This document shows positions 1 to 11,761 of a stretch of 64,000 nucleotides of DNA, piece after piece; position 1 is the stretch's first letter; every line of letters starts with the position of its first letter. Both the position numbers and the translations under genes were made by a program. The notes beneath the pieces were generated by a model. That model worked only from the letters and a program-made list of their open reading frames with translations. It had not been told where the DNA came from and made no database searches. The DNA lies in assembly GCA_963845535.1 (NCBI GenBank), contig CAWJSK010000012.1, positions 128,001 through 192,000 on the forward strand, read 5' to 3'. The stretch is from an uncultured Spirochaetota bacterium (lineage in GTDB: Bacteria > Spirochaetota > Spirochaetia > SZUA-6 > Fen-1364).

Positions 1-668
<668 letters not shown>

Positions 669-678
669 TCATTTCACT

Positions 679-1587
679 TTAAGATGCACGGATAATTCGC
701 GTCAAGAGACGGCGAAAGACGGCAGCGACCCATCGGACCGCGGCCTCTTGAAGCGGGGGCGCCATCGAGAGAAAGATATGGGCGCCGTTTGAGCCGACCT
801 CCAGGGTATTTCCCTGGATTCGCACTCCTGTCATTCGCGACCTTGGGATGACAAAAGAATCAACTCCGTATCGTTCGGTGGATTCCATCGGGTCACACAA
901 GTACACCAGCTCAAAGGGGTTCAAAACAAGGAGTTGCCTGCGCTGTGCCTCATGGCGGGACCTCCCGGGGACGGCTGCAAATGAAGAAATAACCGGGGAG
1001 TCCTCTTCAAGCCTGACCAGAGGCTCTTGGAGCAGAACTTTCCATTTGTAAGGCGGTTCAGCCTTCCACGCCTCGGCACGGGGGACGGGCCGGGCGGATC
1101 CTGCCAACCTCTTCCTGAGGCGGAGGAGCGCCGGCTCCATTTCACGGCGCGCTACCGTATTGTAACGGATGGTCAGCCGGTCCCCAAAAGGCACAAAACT
1201 GAGCCGACCGTAGAGAAGGATCGCCACGTCCTCGATTGCGGCCACTTTTTCCAGGGGAATCGAAATCTTCACGCCTGGCTGTGGTTTTTCCGTCCACAAA
1301 CCAACCGCCCGATCTCCGAGGGCCAGGACGCTGTTGGGAGAAATCACCTTCTGGCTGAGCCGCCCGACAGAGCGGACCGCCCATGGGATTATGAATATCT
1401 GGCTTAGGTCCTGAATACCGCACGTATCCTCAAGAGGCTCGCGGGCGCCTGACGGGATGTCGTCTTCATGACGAGGAGTGTACGGGTGGCTGGCGCGCTC
1501 GCTTTTGAAATAGGAGCCCCCTTCCGCTTCGGTAAATTGGATTTCCCAGGTCTCGGCAGGATCTCGAGAATGAACAGATTCTTTCAT
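679..1587 (-). CDS. Hypothetical protein, possibly two PH-like beta domains
   Basis: 302-aa ORF with protein-like composition; two similar segments (VLALGDRAVGLW...IPLEKVAAIE and LLVLNPFELVYL...IPRSRMTGVR). Confidence 0.7.
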   Translation of the reverse strand: MKESVHSRDPAETWEIQFTEAEGGSYFKSERASHPYTPRHEDDIPSGAREPLEDTCGIQDLSQIFIIPWAVRSVGRLSQKVISPNSVLALGDRAVGLWTEKPQPGVKISIPLEKVAAIEDVAILLYGRLSFVPFGDRLTIRYNTVARREMEPALLRLRKRLAGSARPVPRAEAWKAEPPYKWKVLLQEPLVRLEEDSPVISSFAAVPGRSRHEAQRRQLLVLNPFELVYLCDPMESTERYGVDSFVIPRSRMTGVRIQGNTLEVGSNGAHIFLSMAPPLQEAAVRWVAAVFRRLLTRIIRAS

Positions 1588-1690
1588 GGCTGCGCTTATA
1601 TGTACGACGAGAACGTTGCATCGTCAATCCGCGATCAACGCGATCAACGCGGCACGAAAGGACCGCCCCGCTGCGAGTCGAGGCAGCCAA

Positions 1691-2953
1691 TCAGTTTTTC
1701 CGCCATACGCTCGTTCCCCCGAAAAAGACTTCATCAATCGGGGCAATACCCGGGCGGAAAGCGAGGATCCCCGGGGTCTCCCCGTCAAGGAGCAGGAAGT
1801 CGGCGCGCTTTCCCGCGGTGAGGCTCCCCACCTCGGCGCCGAGCCCGAGAGCATACGCGGCGTTGAGTGTCGTGGCCGCCAGGGCCTCCGTCACGGAGAG
1901 GCCCATCTGCAGCACTGCCAGCCCGAACGCGAACGGCATGGATTCGTTGTACGAGGAGCCTGGGTTGCAGTCCGTAGCGACCGCCACCGGAAGGCCCATG
2001 TCGATCATGGCGCGCGCCCGGGCATACGGCTTGCGCATGCTGTACGCGGTTGCCGGCAGCAGGACCGCGACGACACCGGCGGATGCCATGGCCCTCAGGC
2101 CTGCATCGGAAGAAGCGAGGAGATGGTCAGCGGATGCCGCGCCTGCCTCCGCGGCAAGAGCTGCTCCTCCCGTGTCATGGAGCTCGTCAGCATGGAGCCT
2201 GCATCCAAGACCTGCCGCGCGCGCCGCCTGGAGGATTCGCCGCGACTGTGAAAGCTCGAAAACGCCCTGTTCGCAGAAGACGTCGCAGAAACGCGCAAGT
2301 CCCTGCCGGGCGACGGCAGGGACCATTTCCTGCACAATGAGGTCCACGTACGCTTCCTCGCGTCCCCTGAACTCGGCCGGCACCGCATGGGCGCCGAGAA
2401 AAGTGGCAACGATCCGGGGCGGCGCTTCGCCGGCAACCCTGCGGATGACGCGCAACTGCTTGAGCTCCGCCTCCAGGGAGAGGCCGTAGCCGCTTTTCAC
2501 CTCCATTGTAGTAGTGCCCAGCCGCAGCGCGGAGTGCGCGCGGGACAGGGTGGCTGCAAACAGCTCCGCTTCAGAGGCCGCGCGCACTGATTCCACGGAA
2601 GAGAGGATCCCCCCGCCGGCGCGCAGGATCTCCAGGTAGTCAGCGCCCCTGAGCCGGGCCAGGAACTCTCTTTCCCGCGGTTTCATAAAACACAGGTGTG
2701 TGTGGGGATCCACAAAGCCCGGGATCAGGCACCGGCCTCCGCAGTCCGTTTCCGCCTGCACGGCGGGCGCGCCTTGCGCGGCAAGCGACCCGAGAACCAA
2801 TGCCTCATCTCCCACGGAAAGAACCCGGCCGTCGCGGCAAAGGAGGGCGCCTTTCTCCCACGATTCGACGCTCCCCTGCTGCTGCCCGCGCAGGGCGCGC
2901 CCCGCGTCGGGTGGCGTCCAGATGCGCGCGTTGCGAAAGAGGGAGACGCTCAT
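1691..2953 (-). CDS. hutI: Imidazolonepropionase
   Basis: PGFVDPHTH, GGGILSSV, EVKSGYGL, FCDVFCE, LHADEL, ATDCNPGSS motifs. Confidence 0.96.
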   Translation of the reverse strand: MSVSLFRNARIWTPPDAGRALRGQQQGSVESWEKGALLCRDGRVLSVGDEALVLGSLAAQGAPAVQAETDCGGRCLIPGFVDPHTHLCFMKPREREFLARLRGADYLEILRAGGGILSSVESVRAASEAELFAATLSRAHSALRLGTTTMEVKSGYGLSLEAELKQLRVIRRVAGEAPPRIVATFLGAHAVPAEFRGREEAYVDLIVQEMVPAVARQGLARFCDVFCEQGVFELSQSRRILQAARAAGLGCRLHADELHDTGGAALAAEAGAASADHLLASSDAGLRAMASAGVVAVLLPATAYSMRKPYARARAMIDMGLPVAVATDCNPGSSYNESMPFAFGLAVLQMGLSVTEALAATTLNAAYALGLGAEVGSLTAGKRADFLLLDGETPGILAFRPGIAPIDEVFFGGTSVWRKN

Positions 2954-3870
2954 TGCTCGCCCTGCCCCAGAAGGTCCAGGAGCCTGAGGTCCAGAACCTG
3001 GGCCAACTCGAAGTCGGCCAGCAGGAGGGAGCGCGCCGCGGCGGCCACGAGCGCTTCTGCGGGAACCAGGCCGTATATTTCTGTTTCCGCCACCTCGATT
3101 CCCCTGGCCGCGGCCTCCTTCCGCACAAGCTCCAGCACCTCGTGCAAGGGATTGATGCGGAAGTCGGTGACGTTGATGCTGACCTGCACCATTCCCTTGT
3201 GCTTCAGCTCCACGCCCACGGCCTTCACGTGGGAAAGGCCGCCGCCGGAAGCGCGGATGGTGCGAGCAATAGAACGAGCGCCCGCGATGTCCCTGCTCCG
3301 CAGGTTGATGTTGAACGCCACGAGGAATTGCCGGGCGCCGATCACCGTTGCTCCGGCGCTGGGGTGCACGCGCGCCTCCCCCACGTCTGGGGTGCGATCC
3401 GGGTTTCCCATTTCCTTCACAAGCGCTTCAAACTGGCCGCGGCGCACGGCTTCCAGGTTCCGGCGCTCCGGCCGCAGCGCCGCTTCCTCGTAGAGATAGA
3501 CCGGCACTCCCGTCTCCCGCGCATAGCGCTCGGCGAAGCTTCGCGCCATGGCCACGCATTCCTCCATTGAGATGCCGCGCAGGGGCACGAAGGGGATCAC
3601 GTCCACCGCGCCAATCCTGGGGTGCGCACCGACGTGAATACGAAGGTCAATCGAGGCGATTGCCGCGCGCGCCGATGCCAGCAGCGCATCCTGCAGAGGC
3701 TGCGGGTGGCCCGCAAGGGTCACCACCAGGCGGTTATGGTCGGGGTCGGCCCGCCAGTCCAGGAGGTGGACGCCGCGCGCGCCGCGAAACGGGGCGACGA
3801 TGGCCTCTATCACCTCCTGCCTGCGGCCCTCGCTGTAGTTCGGCACGCATTGCACAAGGCTGGGGCTCAT
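2950..3870 (-). CDS. ftcD: Glutamate formimidoyltransferase
   Basis: [51 protein letters not shown] motifs. Confidence 0.95.
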   Translation of the reverse strand: MSPSLVQCVPNYSEGRRQEVIEAIVAPFRGARGVHLLDWRADPDHNRLVVTLAGHPQPLQDALLASARAAIASIDLRIHVGAHPRIGAVDVIPFVPLRGISMEECVAMARSFAERYARETGVPVYLYEEAALRPERRNLEAVRRGQFEALVKEMGNPDRTPDVGEARVHPSAGATVIGARQFLVAFNINLRSRDIAGARSIARTIRASGGGLSHVKAVGVELKHKGMVQVSINVTDFRINPLHEVLELVRKEAAARGIEVAETEIYGLVPAEALVAAAARSLLLADFELAQVLDLRLLDLLGQGEQ

Positions 3871-5582
3871 GCGCCGCCTTCCCCAGTCATGGGGATGACG
3901 ACCCCTCGCTCCTTCGCCGTCTCGATGGCCTTCTCGTATCCCGCGTCCGCATGGCGCAGAATGCCGGTGGCAGGATCGTTTCTGAGAACAGTAGTGACGC
4001 GAAGCTCGCCCTCCGCCGTTCCGTCAGCAACGGTCACCTGGCCGGCGTGAAGCGAGTAGCCAATGCCGACGCCTCCGCCGTGGTGAAAGGACGCCCAGCT
4101 CGCACCCGATGCAACGTTCACCATGAGGTTGAGGAGCGGCCAGTCCGCCACCGCATCCGTGCCGTCCCGCATGGCTTCGGTCTCCCGATTGGGAGACGCC
4201 ACGGATCCCGCATCCAGATGGTCCCTGCCTATCACGATGGGCGCCTTGACCCTGCCGGAGGCCACAAGGTCATTGAAGATCTTTCCCGCTCTGTCGCGCT
4301 CGCCATAGCCCAGCCAGCAGATCCTTGCCGGCAGCCCCATGTGCTTCACGCGAGATCGGGCCAGGCGGAGCCATCGAACCATCCTGGTCTTGTGCGGGAA
4401 AGCTTCCAGGAGCGCCTCATCGGTTGCGTCGATGTCCTTTGGATCACCGGAAAGCGCCACCCATCGGAAGGGCCCCTCCCCTTCGCAGAAAAGGGGACGG
4501 ATGTATGCGGGAACGAACCCCGGGTAGTCGAATGCGTTCGTGACTCCATTTGCCAGGGCCTGGCCGCGGAGGTTGTTTCCGTAGTCGAAAGCCACCGCGC
4601 CGCGCGCCTTCATGTCGAGTATGGCCCGGCAGTGCACTGCCATGGAACGACGCGCCGCCTCGATGTAGCGCCCTGGATCGGACTTACGCAGCGCAAGGGC
4701 AGCATCCAGGCTCATGCCATGAGGCACGTAGCCCCCAAGCTCGTCGTGCGCGCTTGTCTGGTCCGTCACCACGTCGGGGATGAACCCCGCCTGGACCATC
4801 ACCGGGAGAACGTCCGCGGCGTTGCCCGTCACGGCGATGGAGAGCGGCTTCTTTTTTTCCGCGGCCTCCCGTGCCATCGCCATCGCGGACGCGAGGTCCT
4901 TCGCCACGGCGTCCAGGTAGCCCGTTTCCTGCCTTCTCCTTGTCCGCGCGGCGTCCACCTCCACGCAGATCAGCACGCCGTCGTTCATGGTCACCGCGAG
5001 GGGCTGCGCGCCTCCCATTCCGCCCAGTCCCGCGCTCACCACGATTTTCCCGGCCAGAGTCGAGCCGAAATGTTTTTCCGCCAGGGCGCCGAATGTCTCG
5101 AACGTCCCCTGCAGGATCCCTTGAGTTCCGATGTAGATCCAGGAGCCCGCGGTCATCTGCCCGAACATCATCAGGCCCCGTCTCTCCAGCTCGTGGAAAT
5201 GCTCCCACGTGGCCCAATGCGGGACAAGGTTGGAGTTGGCGATCAGCACGCGCGGGGACATGCGGTGCGTGCGCAGAATCCCGACCGGCTTGCCGGACTG
5301 GACCAGGAGCGTCTCATCGTCGCCAAGGTCAAGAAGGCTGGTCACCAGGGCGTCGAAGCAGCGCCAGTTGCGGGCGGCCCTCCCCGTCCCGCCATACACG
5401 ATGAGCTCGTCCGGCTTCTCAGCGTTGCCCGGGTCCAGGTTGTTGCACAACATCCGCAGAGCCGCCTCCTGGTGCCACCCCTTGCAGTGCAGCTCCACGC
5501 CGCGTGGCGCCCGCACAGGCCGCGCTGCCCCGCTCCCGATACCGAGCTCGGCCAGAACCTTCTCCCTTGCTGAACCGCTCAT
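3867..5582 (-). CDS. hutU: Urocanate hydratase
   Basis: [54 protein letters not shown] motifs. Confidence 0.98.
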   Translation of the reverse strand: MSGSAREKVLAELGIGSGAARPVRAPRGVELHCKGWHQEAALRMLCNNLDPGNAEKPDELIVYGGTGRAARNWRCFDALVTSLLDLGDDETLLVQSGKPVGILRTHRMSPRVLIANSNLVPHWATWEHFHELERRGLMMFGQMTAGSWIYIGTQGILQGTFETFGALAEKHFGSTLAGKIVVSAGLGGMGGAQPLAVTMNDGVLICVEVDAARTRRRQETGYLDAVAKDLASAMAMAREAAEKKKPLSIAVTGNAADVLPVMVQAGFIPDVVTDQTSAHDELGGYVPHGMSLDAALALRKSDPGRYIEAARRSMAVHCRAILDMKARGAVAFDYGNNLRGQALANGVTNAFDYPGFVPAYIRPLFCEGEGPFRWVALSGDPKDIDATDEALLEAFPHKTRMVRWLRLARSRVKHMGLPARICWLGYGERDRAGKIFNDLVASGRVKAPIVIGRDHLDAGSVASPNRETEAMRDGTDAVADWPLLNLMVNVASGASWASFHHGGGVGIGYSLHAGQVTVADGTAEGELRVTTVLRNDPATGILRHADAGYEKAIETAKERGVVIPMTGEGGA

Positions 5583-6316
5583 GTATAGCCTCCTCCGCCG
5601 CCTACGGAACTGAGATATGCCTCAACCACTTTTGGGTTTTTGGCCAGATCAGCGGCCGGGCCTTCGAGGACCACCCTGCCCGCCTCGAATACGTAAGCCC
5701 GGTCCGCCGCCTCAAGCGCGATGCGCGCATTCTGCTCCGCAAGAAGAATAGTCTTCCCCTCGGCGTGCAACCGCGCAAGCACCTCGAACAGACGGTCCAC
5801 CACGATGGGGGCAAGGCCGAGTGAGATTTCATCCGCCACGATCACCGAGGGGTCCAGAGCGAGAGCGCGACCGAGTGCGAGCATCTGCTGCTCCCCGCCG
5901 CTCAGGCTTCCGGCGGTCTGTGTCCTGCGCTCGGCAAGCCGGGGGAACAGCTCGTAGACTCCATCAAGGACCTCGCGTTCCTTTTTTCCTGAGAGACGGG
6001 ACGAGGTCACTCGCAGATTCTCCTCCACGCTCAAGTCAGGGAAAACATGGCGCCCCTCGGGGACGTAGCCAATGCCCAGCTCGACGCGGCGAAATGCCGG
6101 AATCTCCAGGAGCGAGCGGCCGCAAAAGGTCGCCACACCCGTTGCTTTTACCAGGCCCATGAGGGACTTGAGCAGGGTCGTCTTGCCCGCGCCGTTCGCG
6201 CCCACGATCGTGGTAAAGCTTCCCCGTGTTGCCTCGATGGCAACGTCGTGGAGCACCTGTATTTTCCCATATCCCGCATGGAGGCCAGAAACGGAAAGCA
6301 GCGCCTCTCCACTCAT
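5579..6316 (-). CDS. Branched-chain amino acid-type ABC ATP-binding protein (LivF-like)
   Basis: [32 protein letters not shown]. Confidence 0.92.
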   Translation of the reverse strand: MSGEALLSVSGLHAGYGKIQVLHDVAIEATRGSFTTIVGANGAGKTTLLKSLMGLVKATGVATFCGRSLLEIPAFRRVELGIGYVPEGRHVFPDLSVEENLRVTSSRLSGKKEREVLDGVYELFPRLAERRTQTAGSLSGGEQQMLALGRALALDPSVIVADEISLGLAPIVVDRLFEVLARLHAEGKTILLAEQNARIALEAADRAYVFEAGRVVLEGPAADLAKNPKVVEAYLSSVGGGGGYT

Positions 6317-7104
6317 GACCCGTCCCTTTCGGCGCTCTTCGGGCGGGTGGACCGAGAGCCTTCCTTCCCGAGATACGCGCCGATCACCCGTTCGTCATTG
6401 CGCACCTCTTCCGGGACCCCTTCCGCGATCTTCCTCCCCTCGTCCAGGACCACCACACGGTCCGAAAGCGACAGGGCAAGGCCGACGTAGTGCTCCACCA
6501 GCATGATCGTAAGCCCCGAGCGGTGCACGCTGCGGATGAGCTCGGCGAGCGGCCCTATCCCATCCGCGCCTATGCCGGCGGCCGGCTCGTCGAGGAGGAG
6601 AATCAAAGGGCGGCTCGCTATGGCCCGGGCGATCTCCAGCCGCCGCAGCTCGCCCATGGTAAGCTCGCCCGCGCGGCGCTCGGCTTGCCCTGACAGCCCC
6701 ACCTGCTCCAGCGCCTCGTCGACACGCTCCGCGACGGAGCGGTTTCGGCCGCACGGCGCCAGACAGCGGAGCGTATGGAGGATGTTTTTGCCCGCGGCCG
6801 AGATCCGGATGTTTTCCCGGACGGTCATCGAAGAAAAGGGACGCGGGACCTGGAAGCTGCGCCTGACGCCGAGGTGGCTCATGTGCGCCGGCATTTTGCC
6901 TTGCACCTCCGTCCCGTCGAACAAGACCTTGCCGGAAGTGGGCTTGAGCGCCCCGGCAATCACGTTGAAAAGGGTCGTTTTGCCGGCGCCATTGGGACCG
7001 ATCACGGCGAGGAACTGCCCCCGCTCGACGGAAAGGTCGATGGCGTCAAGCGCCTTGAGGCCGCCGAAGCGCACGCACAGGTCCGTGATTTCCAGGAGCG
7101 CCAT
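6313..7104 (-). CDS. Branched-chain amino acid-type ABC ATP-binding protein (LivG-like)
   Basis: Start trimmed to [37 protein letters not shown]. Confidence 0.92.
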   Translation of the reverse strand: MALLEITDLCVRFGGLKALDAIDLSVERGQFLAVIGPNGAGKTTLFNVIAGALKPTSGKVLFDGTEVQGKMPAHMSHLGVRRSFQVPRPFSSMTVRENIRISAAGKNILHTLRCLAPCGRNRSVAERVDEALEQVGLSGQAERRAGELTMGELRRLEIARAIASRPLILLLDEPAAGIGADGIGPLAELIRSVHRSGLTIMLVEHYVGLALSLSDRVVVLDEGRKIAEGVPEEVRNDERVIGAYLGKEGSRSTRPKSAERDGS

Positions 7105-7109
7105 GGCTC

Positions 7110-8036
7110 TTACGACCTCCCCATGCCCGAGCCTCCCTGGCGGGGGCCCGGAAGCTGCTTCCTGAGCGGGGCCAGGGCCATTCCAATGAGGCGCGACGCC
7201 GCGCTCGCTTCCCCAGCCAGGCCTTGCGGCTGGAAACGCAGCATGAGGAGGAGAATCACCCCGAAGGTGAGAAGCCGGAAATTGGAGATGAACCTGAAAG
7301 CTTCGGGAAGGGCTCCCAGAATGAGCGCGCCAAGAAGCGCGCCCCTGATGGTGCCGATTCCTCCGAAAATGAGCATCGAAAGTATGACGACTGATTCGGT
7401 GAAACCAAAGCTCGAGGGGGTTATCGCGCTCAAGAAGGGCGCATATATGCTTCCCGCCATGCCCGCGAAGGCGGCACTCAGCGTAAAAGCGGCCACCTTG
7501 TAGGAGGCAACGGGAATACCGACGGACGAAGAGGCGCTCTCGTCGTCCTTGAGCGCCGTCAGCGACGCCCCGAGCCAGGTTCGCTCCAGGTACTTGCTCG
7601 ACGCAACGACGAGGGCAAGCATGCATGCGGCCACCAGCAGAAAGTCCGGATTGCCGAACTGCCGTCCCCCGATGGTCGGCAAGGGGATCGAGTAGATTCC
7701 GACCGCTCCCCCGAAAAACGGCACGTACTGGAATATCGCGACAACGACGAAGTTGAGGCCGATGGTGGTGATTGCGAGAAAGTCCTCGCGGAGCCGCAGG
7801 CTGACGGCGCCGAGGATGAATCCGGCCATGCCGGCGACGCTGAAGGAGATCGGTATGGTCAACCAGAAACTGAGATGATAACGGGTTGACAGCACGGCCG
7901 CGAAGTAGGCGCCCAGCCCGAGAAAAGCGCTCTGCGCGAGATTGGGTTGGCCGGCGTAGCCCACGACCATGTTGAGAGCGACGGTAAGCATGGCGTAGAT
8001 CATGATGGTGACGCCAATGACGATGAGGTAGCTCAC
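7110..8036 (-). CDS. ABC permease (LivM-like)
   Basis: Hydrophobic; [28 protein letters not shown]. Confidence 0.92.
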   Translation of the reverse strand: MSYLIVIGVTIMIYAMLTVALNMVVGYAGQPNLAQSAFLGLGAYFAAVLSTRYHLSFWLTIPISFSVAGMAGFILGAVSLRLREDFLAITTIGLNFVVVAIFQYVPFFGGAVGIYSIPLPTIGGRQFGNPDFLLVAACMLALVVASSKYLERTWLGASLTALKDDESASSSVGIPVASYKVAAFTLSAAFAGMAGSIYAPFLSAITPSSFGFTESVVILSMLIFGGIGTIRGALLGALILGALPEAFRFISNFRLLTFGVILLLMLRFQPQGLAGEASAASRLIGMALAPLRKQLPGPRQGGSGMGRS

Positions 8037-8902
8037 CGCGTCCCCCTGGGGCCGGGAAGCAGGCCCTGGGGCCGCACGAGAAGTATCACGATAAGGACGA
8101 TGAAGGCTATTGCGTCGCGCGGCAGCACGAAGCCGGCATACATGACGACGAAAGTCTCCACCAGCCCTATGAGCATCGCGGCCGCGATGGTCCCCAGTGG
8201 ATTGCCAAGGCCGCCGAGGACGATGATGGCCAGCATCTTGTACGCCGGTATGTCACCCATCGTGGGGTATACCGTATTGTAGTTTATCCCGAGCATGATG
8301 CCCGACACCGCGGCAAGGGAGTAGCCAATGACGAAGATGGAGGCGATCACTGCGCGCGTATTGATGCCCATCGCTTCGGCCGTCGGCCCGTCCTGCGAGG
8401 TGGCGCGCCAGAAAAGTCCGAGTCTTGTCCGGCGCAGGGTGAACCAGGTGCCAGTCAGGACGACGCAACCGATGATGAGTATGAGAAGCTGAGCTCCCGT
8501 GATGACCGCCCCTCCCAGGCGGAGCGTGCGCAGGGGAACCCGCGCGGGGAAGGCCAGCGGATAAGGCCCGAACACGAGTCGGAAGGCCTCTTCCATCGCG
8601 ATGAAAGTCCCGATACTCGCGATCAGGGGAATGAGGGGTCCTCGATTCAAGATGGGCCGGTACAGGAACCGTTGCAGCCCAAGGCCGAAGAGGGCCGAGG
8701 CCACTATCCCTGCGCCGAGGCCCAGGAGCAGCGAACCGGTGACTCTCCAGATTTTCAGACCCACATAGGCGCCGAGGGTCAGCCCTGCAGCATTTGCGAT
8801 GTCCAGAACCCGCAAAAGTCCGTAGATCAGCGATGGGCCAAGGGCGATCAGGGCGTAGAGCGAGCCGGTCGCAATGCCGTTCAGCAGGCTGGATAAGAAC
8901 AT
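8033..8902 (-). CDS. ABC permease (LivH-like)
   Basis: LNGIATGSLYALIALG, IIVLGGLG, LLVRPQGL. Confidence 0.92.
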   Translation of the reverse strand: MFLSSLLNGIATGSLYALIALGPSLIYGLLRVLDIANAAGLTLGAYVGLKIWRVTGSLLLGLGAGIVASALFGLGLQRFLYRPILNRGPLIPLIASIGTFIAMEEAFRLVFGPYPLAFPARVPLRTLRLGGAVITGAQLLILIIGCVVLTGTWFTLRRTRLGLFWRATSQDGPTAEAMGINTRAVIASIFVIGYSLAAVSGIMLGINYNTVYPTMGDIPAYKMLAIIVLGGLGNPLGTIAAAMLIGLVETFVVMYAGFVLPRDAIAFIVLIVILLVRPQGLLPGPRGTR

Positions 8903-8960
8903 CCGGTCTTCTCTTTCGCCCTGACCTCACTCACGTGGCCGCTTTGTGCTCCTGCGAGGA

Positions 8961-10125
8961 CTACGGCGTGATGACGGCCGGATCATCCACGATACCGTAA
9001 TGATGGGGTAACCCGTCCTTCACGATCTGCAGCTCCACCGCCTTCACGACCTCCCCGGTGGCGTTGTACTTCATGATGGTGCCCGTCACGCCGACGAAAT
9101 CCTTGACGCTTGCAATGCCCTGCCTGATTTGGCCCGCGGCGGTTCCCCTGGCCATGGCGTTCTTGAGCACCAGGAAGGAGTCGTACGTGGTGGCGCCCAC
9201 CATGTCTGGTGCGTAGCCATAGGCCGCCGTGAAGCCTTTGATGTAATCGACAACGACCGGTTCCATGCTGTCGCGATTGAAGGGCGTCGTGAACACGAGC
9301 CCGTTGGCCTGGGCCCCGACCGGCTGGAAGAACTGGGTCGTTGAGTCCACGCCCTCCGTTCCGACGATCGGGAGCGAAAGGCCGAGAGTGTTCCAGTTGT
9401 TCAGGAACTGCTGTCCCTCGGAATAGTACTCCACCATGAAATAGCCAGTTGCGCCCTTGGCCTGGTCGCGCATGAGTATGGGCGTGAAATCCTTCTCGCC
9501 GAACTGGTTGAAGTCCGTTGCGACGACCGTTGCGCCGAGCGCTGCGGCCTCGGCCGTAAAGCCTTGAACGAGCGCGGTCCCGAAGTCGTTCTTGATGGCG
9601 ACGATCGCGATCTTCGTCACGCCGAGGTCCTTGACAAGAGCCACGGCGGCGGCCTTGCCTTCGACCACTCCGTTGAAATCCTGCTGGAAGATGAAGCGTC
9701 CGGTCGCGGGAATGCCGGGGTTGACCGCGTACGCGGCGAGCATCGGAATGCCGTTCCTCTGGAAGATCGGGGCGGCCGCAAGGGTCTGGTCGCTGTAGGA
9801 GCCGCTTACGACAGCGTCGACCTTGTCCTGGGTGACGAGGCGGGTGGCAATGCTGACCGCCTGCTTGGCGTCGCTGGCGTCATCGTAGTTGATGAGCTGG
9901 ATCTGCCTGCCATTGATGCCGCCTGCCTTGTTGATGTCCACCACGGCGAGCTTCGCGGAGTCATAGGCGCTCTGCCCGTCAGCCGCAGCGAAACCGGACT
10001 CGGGAGCGAAGAAAGCCGATCTTGATGGGAGCGCTGCTGCTGGCCGATGGGAAGCTCACGAGGGCTGCAACGACAAACAGCGCCATCAGAGTGAGCCTGG
10101 GGATGTACCCGTGCGATTTTTGCAT
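8961..10125 (-). CDS. ABC substrate-binding protein (LivK/LivJ family), +1 frameshift near 10012-10014
   Basis: Signal peptide MQKSHG...SSSAPIKIGF joins (F)APESGFAAADGQ...DINKAGGINGRQIQL after removing one T from a T run; GGAGG RBS. Confidence 0.88.
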
Positions 10126-10263
10126 CTCTTCCCTCCTGTTTCCATGACGTAGCACGGCGCATGCAACGGGACGTGGACGCCCCGCCGCCCTGATCCTCAA
10201 CGAGGCTGGGTCGGTCGTCTGCGCCGGGCGGATTGCACTATTTCAGGATTGAAGCACCGTTCC

Positions 10264-10292
10264 ACACTAACACCGGGTAGTTGCGGGGTCAA
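10264..10292 (-). promoter_or_regulatory. sigma70-like promoter of the ABC-hut operon
   Basis: TTGACC-N17-TAGTGT on the minus strand, about 140 nt upstream of the SBP start. Confidence 0.6.
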
Positions 10293-10322
10293 GTTTGGCT
10301 CGCGACTCTGGGCGGGTAATTT

Positions 10323-11471
10323 TCACCCGCTCCCGAACACAGCCGCAGTCTCTTTCAGGAAAGTGCGGATCGGGATCCCCTGCGGGCACAGGTCCTCGCA
10401 CTGTCCGCACTCCGTGCACGCGTCAGGTTTCCCCACGATTCGGGTGTAACCGGTAAGCCAAGGGTCCTTCGTATTCCACATTGATGAGGCATTGAGCGCC
10501 GCCATCAACTCGGGAATGGCCACGCCTTGCGGACACGGCTGGCAGTAACGACACGCGCTGCAGTCCACCTTCATCCGCGCTTGCATTGCGGTCCGCGCGG
10601 CGTCGTACACGGAAAGGTTCCCCGGCGTCAGAGTACTGGGCTTGGCAACGTCAGCGACCCGAAGGTTCTCTTGGAGCTGCGCCGGATGGTTCATGCCTGA
10701 CAACAGGAGGCTGACGCCCGGCTCGTTCCAAACGTAACGCAAGGCCCATTCGGCCGGGCTCCAACCCTCGGGTTGGCCGTCGAAAACTGCCTGCATTTCA
10801 GAAGGAAGGTTCTTTGCCAGGCGCCCGCCTTTCAAAGGTTCCATCACCACGACGCCCAAGCCCTTCTTTGCCGCGTACTTCAGGCCGGAGTAGCCCGCCT
10901 GGTAGGCGGTATCAATGTAGTTGTATTGGAGCTGGCCAAAAGCCCAGCCGTCGTACTCGTCAATGATGCGAGGGAAGTCCTCCGATTGGCCGTGAAATGA
11001 GAAGGCGGCAAAGCGGATAAGCCCGCGTTCCCGTGCTCCGTCCAGAAACTCCCGTACGCCCAGGTCCCTCATGCGGTTCCACGCATCTCCGTCAAGCCCG
11101 TGCACGAGGTAAAAGTCGATGTGGTCCGTTTGGAGCCGCTCGAGCTGTTGCGCCAGAAAGCCGTCCATGCTTTCCCGGGTGGTAATGATCTGCTGCGGCA
11201 GCTTGGTTGCCACCTGAACCCGATTGCGCCATCCGCCTGCCAAAGCGTTCCCGACGAATGGCTCGCTCTGCCCCGCCTGCCCGAACTTTGGAGCGTGATA
11301 AAACCACGCCGTGTCCACGTAGGTGACACCCATTTCGATCGCATCGCGGAGCAGCTTTGTCGCAGCATCCGTGTCAATACGGTCCGAAGCGCCCATGGTG
11401 GGCAGCCGCATGCAGCCGAAGCCCAAGGCGGACACCTTGATCCCTGTGCGCCCAAGAGTACGATAGAGCAT
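10323..11471 (-). CDS. Aldo/keto reductase with C-terminal 4Fe-4S domain
   Basis: LGFGCMRLP, DTAWFYH, VMEPLKGG; CSACRYCQPCP and CTECGQCEDLCPQ. Confidence 0.93.
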   Translation of the reverse strand: MLYRTLGRTGIKVSALGFGCMRLPTMGASDRIDTDAATKLLRDAIEMGVTYVDTAWFYHAPKFGQAGQSEPFVGNALAGGWRNRVQVATKLPQQIITTRESMDGFLAQQLERLQTDHIDFYLVHGLDGDAWNRMRDLGVREFLDGARERGLIRFAAFSFHGQSEDFPRIIDEYDGWAFGQLQYNYIDTAYQAGYSGLKYAAKKGLGVVVMEPLKGGRLAKNLPSEMQAVFDGQPEGWSPAEWALRYVWNEPGVSLLLSGMNHPAQLQENLRVADVAKPSTLTPGNLSVYDAARTAMQARMKVDCSACRYCQPCPQGVAIPELMAALNASSMWNTKDPWLTGYTRIVGKPDACTECGQCEDLCPQGIPIRTFLKETAAVFGSG

Positions 11472-11761
11472 AGAAAACCTCTTCTACCGCCGCAAAAGGC
11501 GGAAACTCTCGACAGTTTGACTCATGACTTCGGTAATGGCGGGCTTTATCCGAGAAACTGTGTGGCGTGCTGTGTTCCGCAGTTCAGCCGTGCGGCCGCA
11601 CCGGTCTCACTCTACGCCATTTCGATCCTGCGAATCAACCTATGATGCCGTCACCTCACTGCTGACTCGGCTCTCGCATATGGTGTATAGTTTCTTAGTT
11701 CGATCACATCGTCGCACAGCGACTGCATCTCGCGTTCGCACAGGTTGTCCAAGGAGTTATC

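Noticed and set aside
1632..1653. CGCGATCAA tandem 9-mer
   Set aside because: Only about 2.5 copies; could be a chance micro-duplication.
3348..5573. Long antisense ORFs (741 aa here; also 38332-40275, 19789-21357, 47396-48844)
   Set aside because: Shadow frames of high-GC genes on the opposite strand, with no recognisable motifs.
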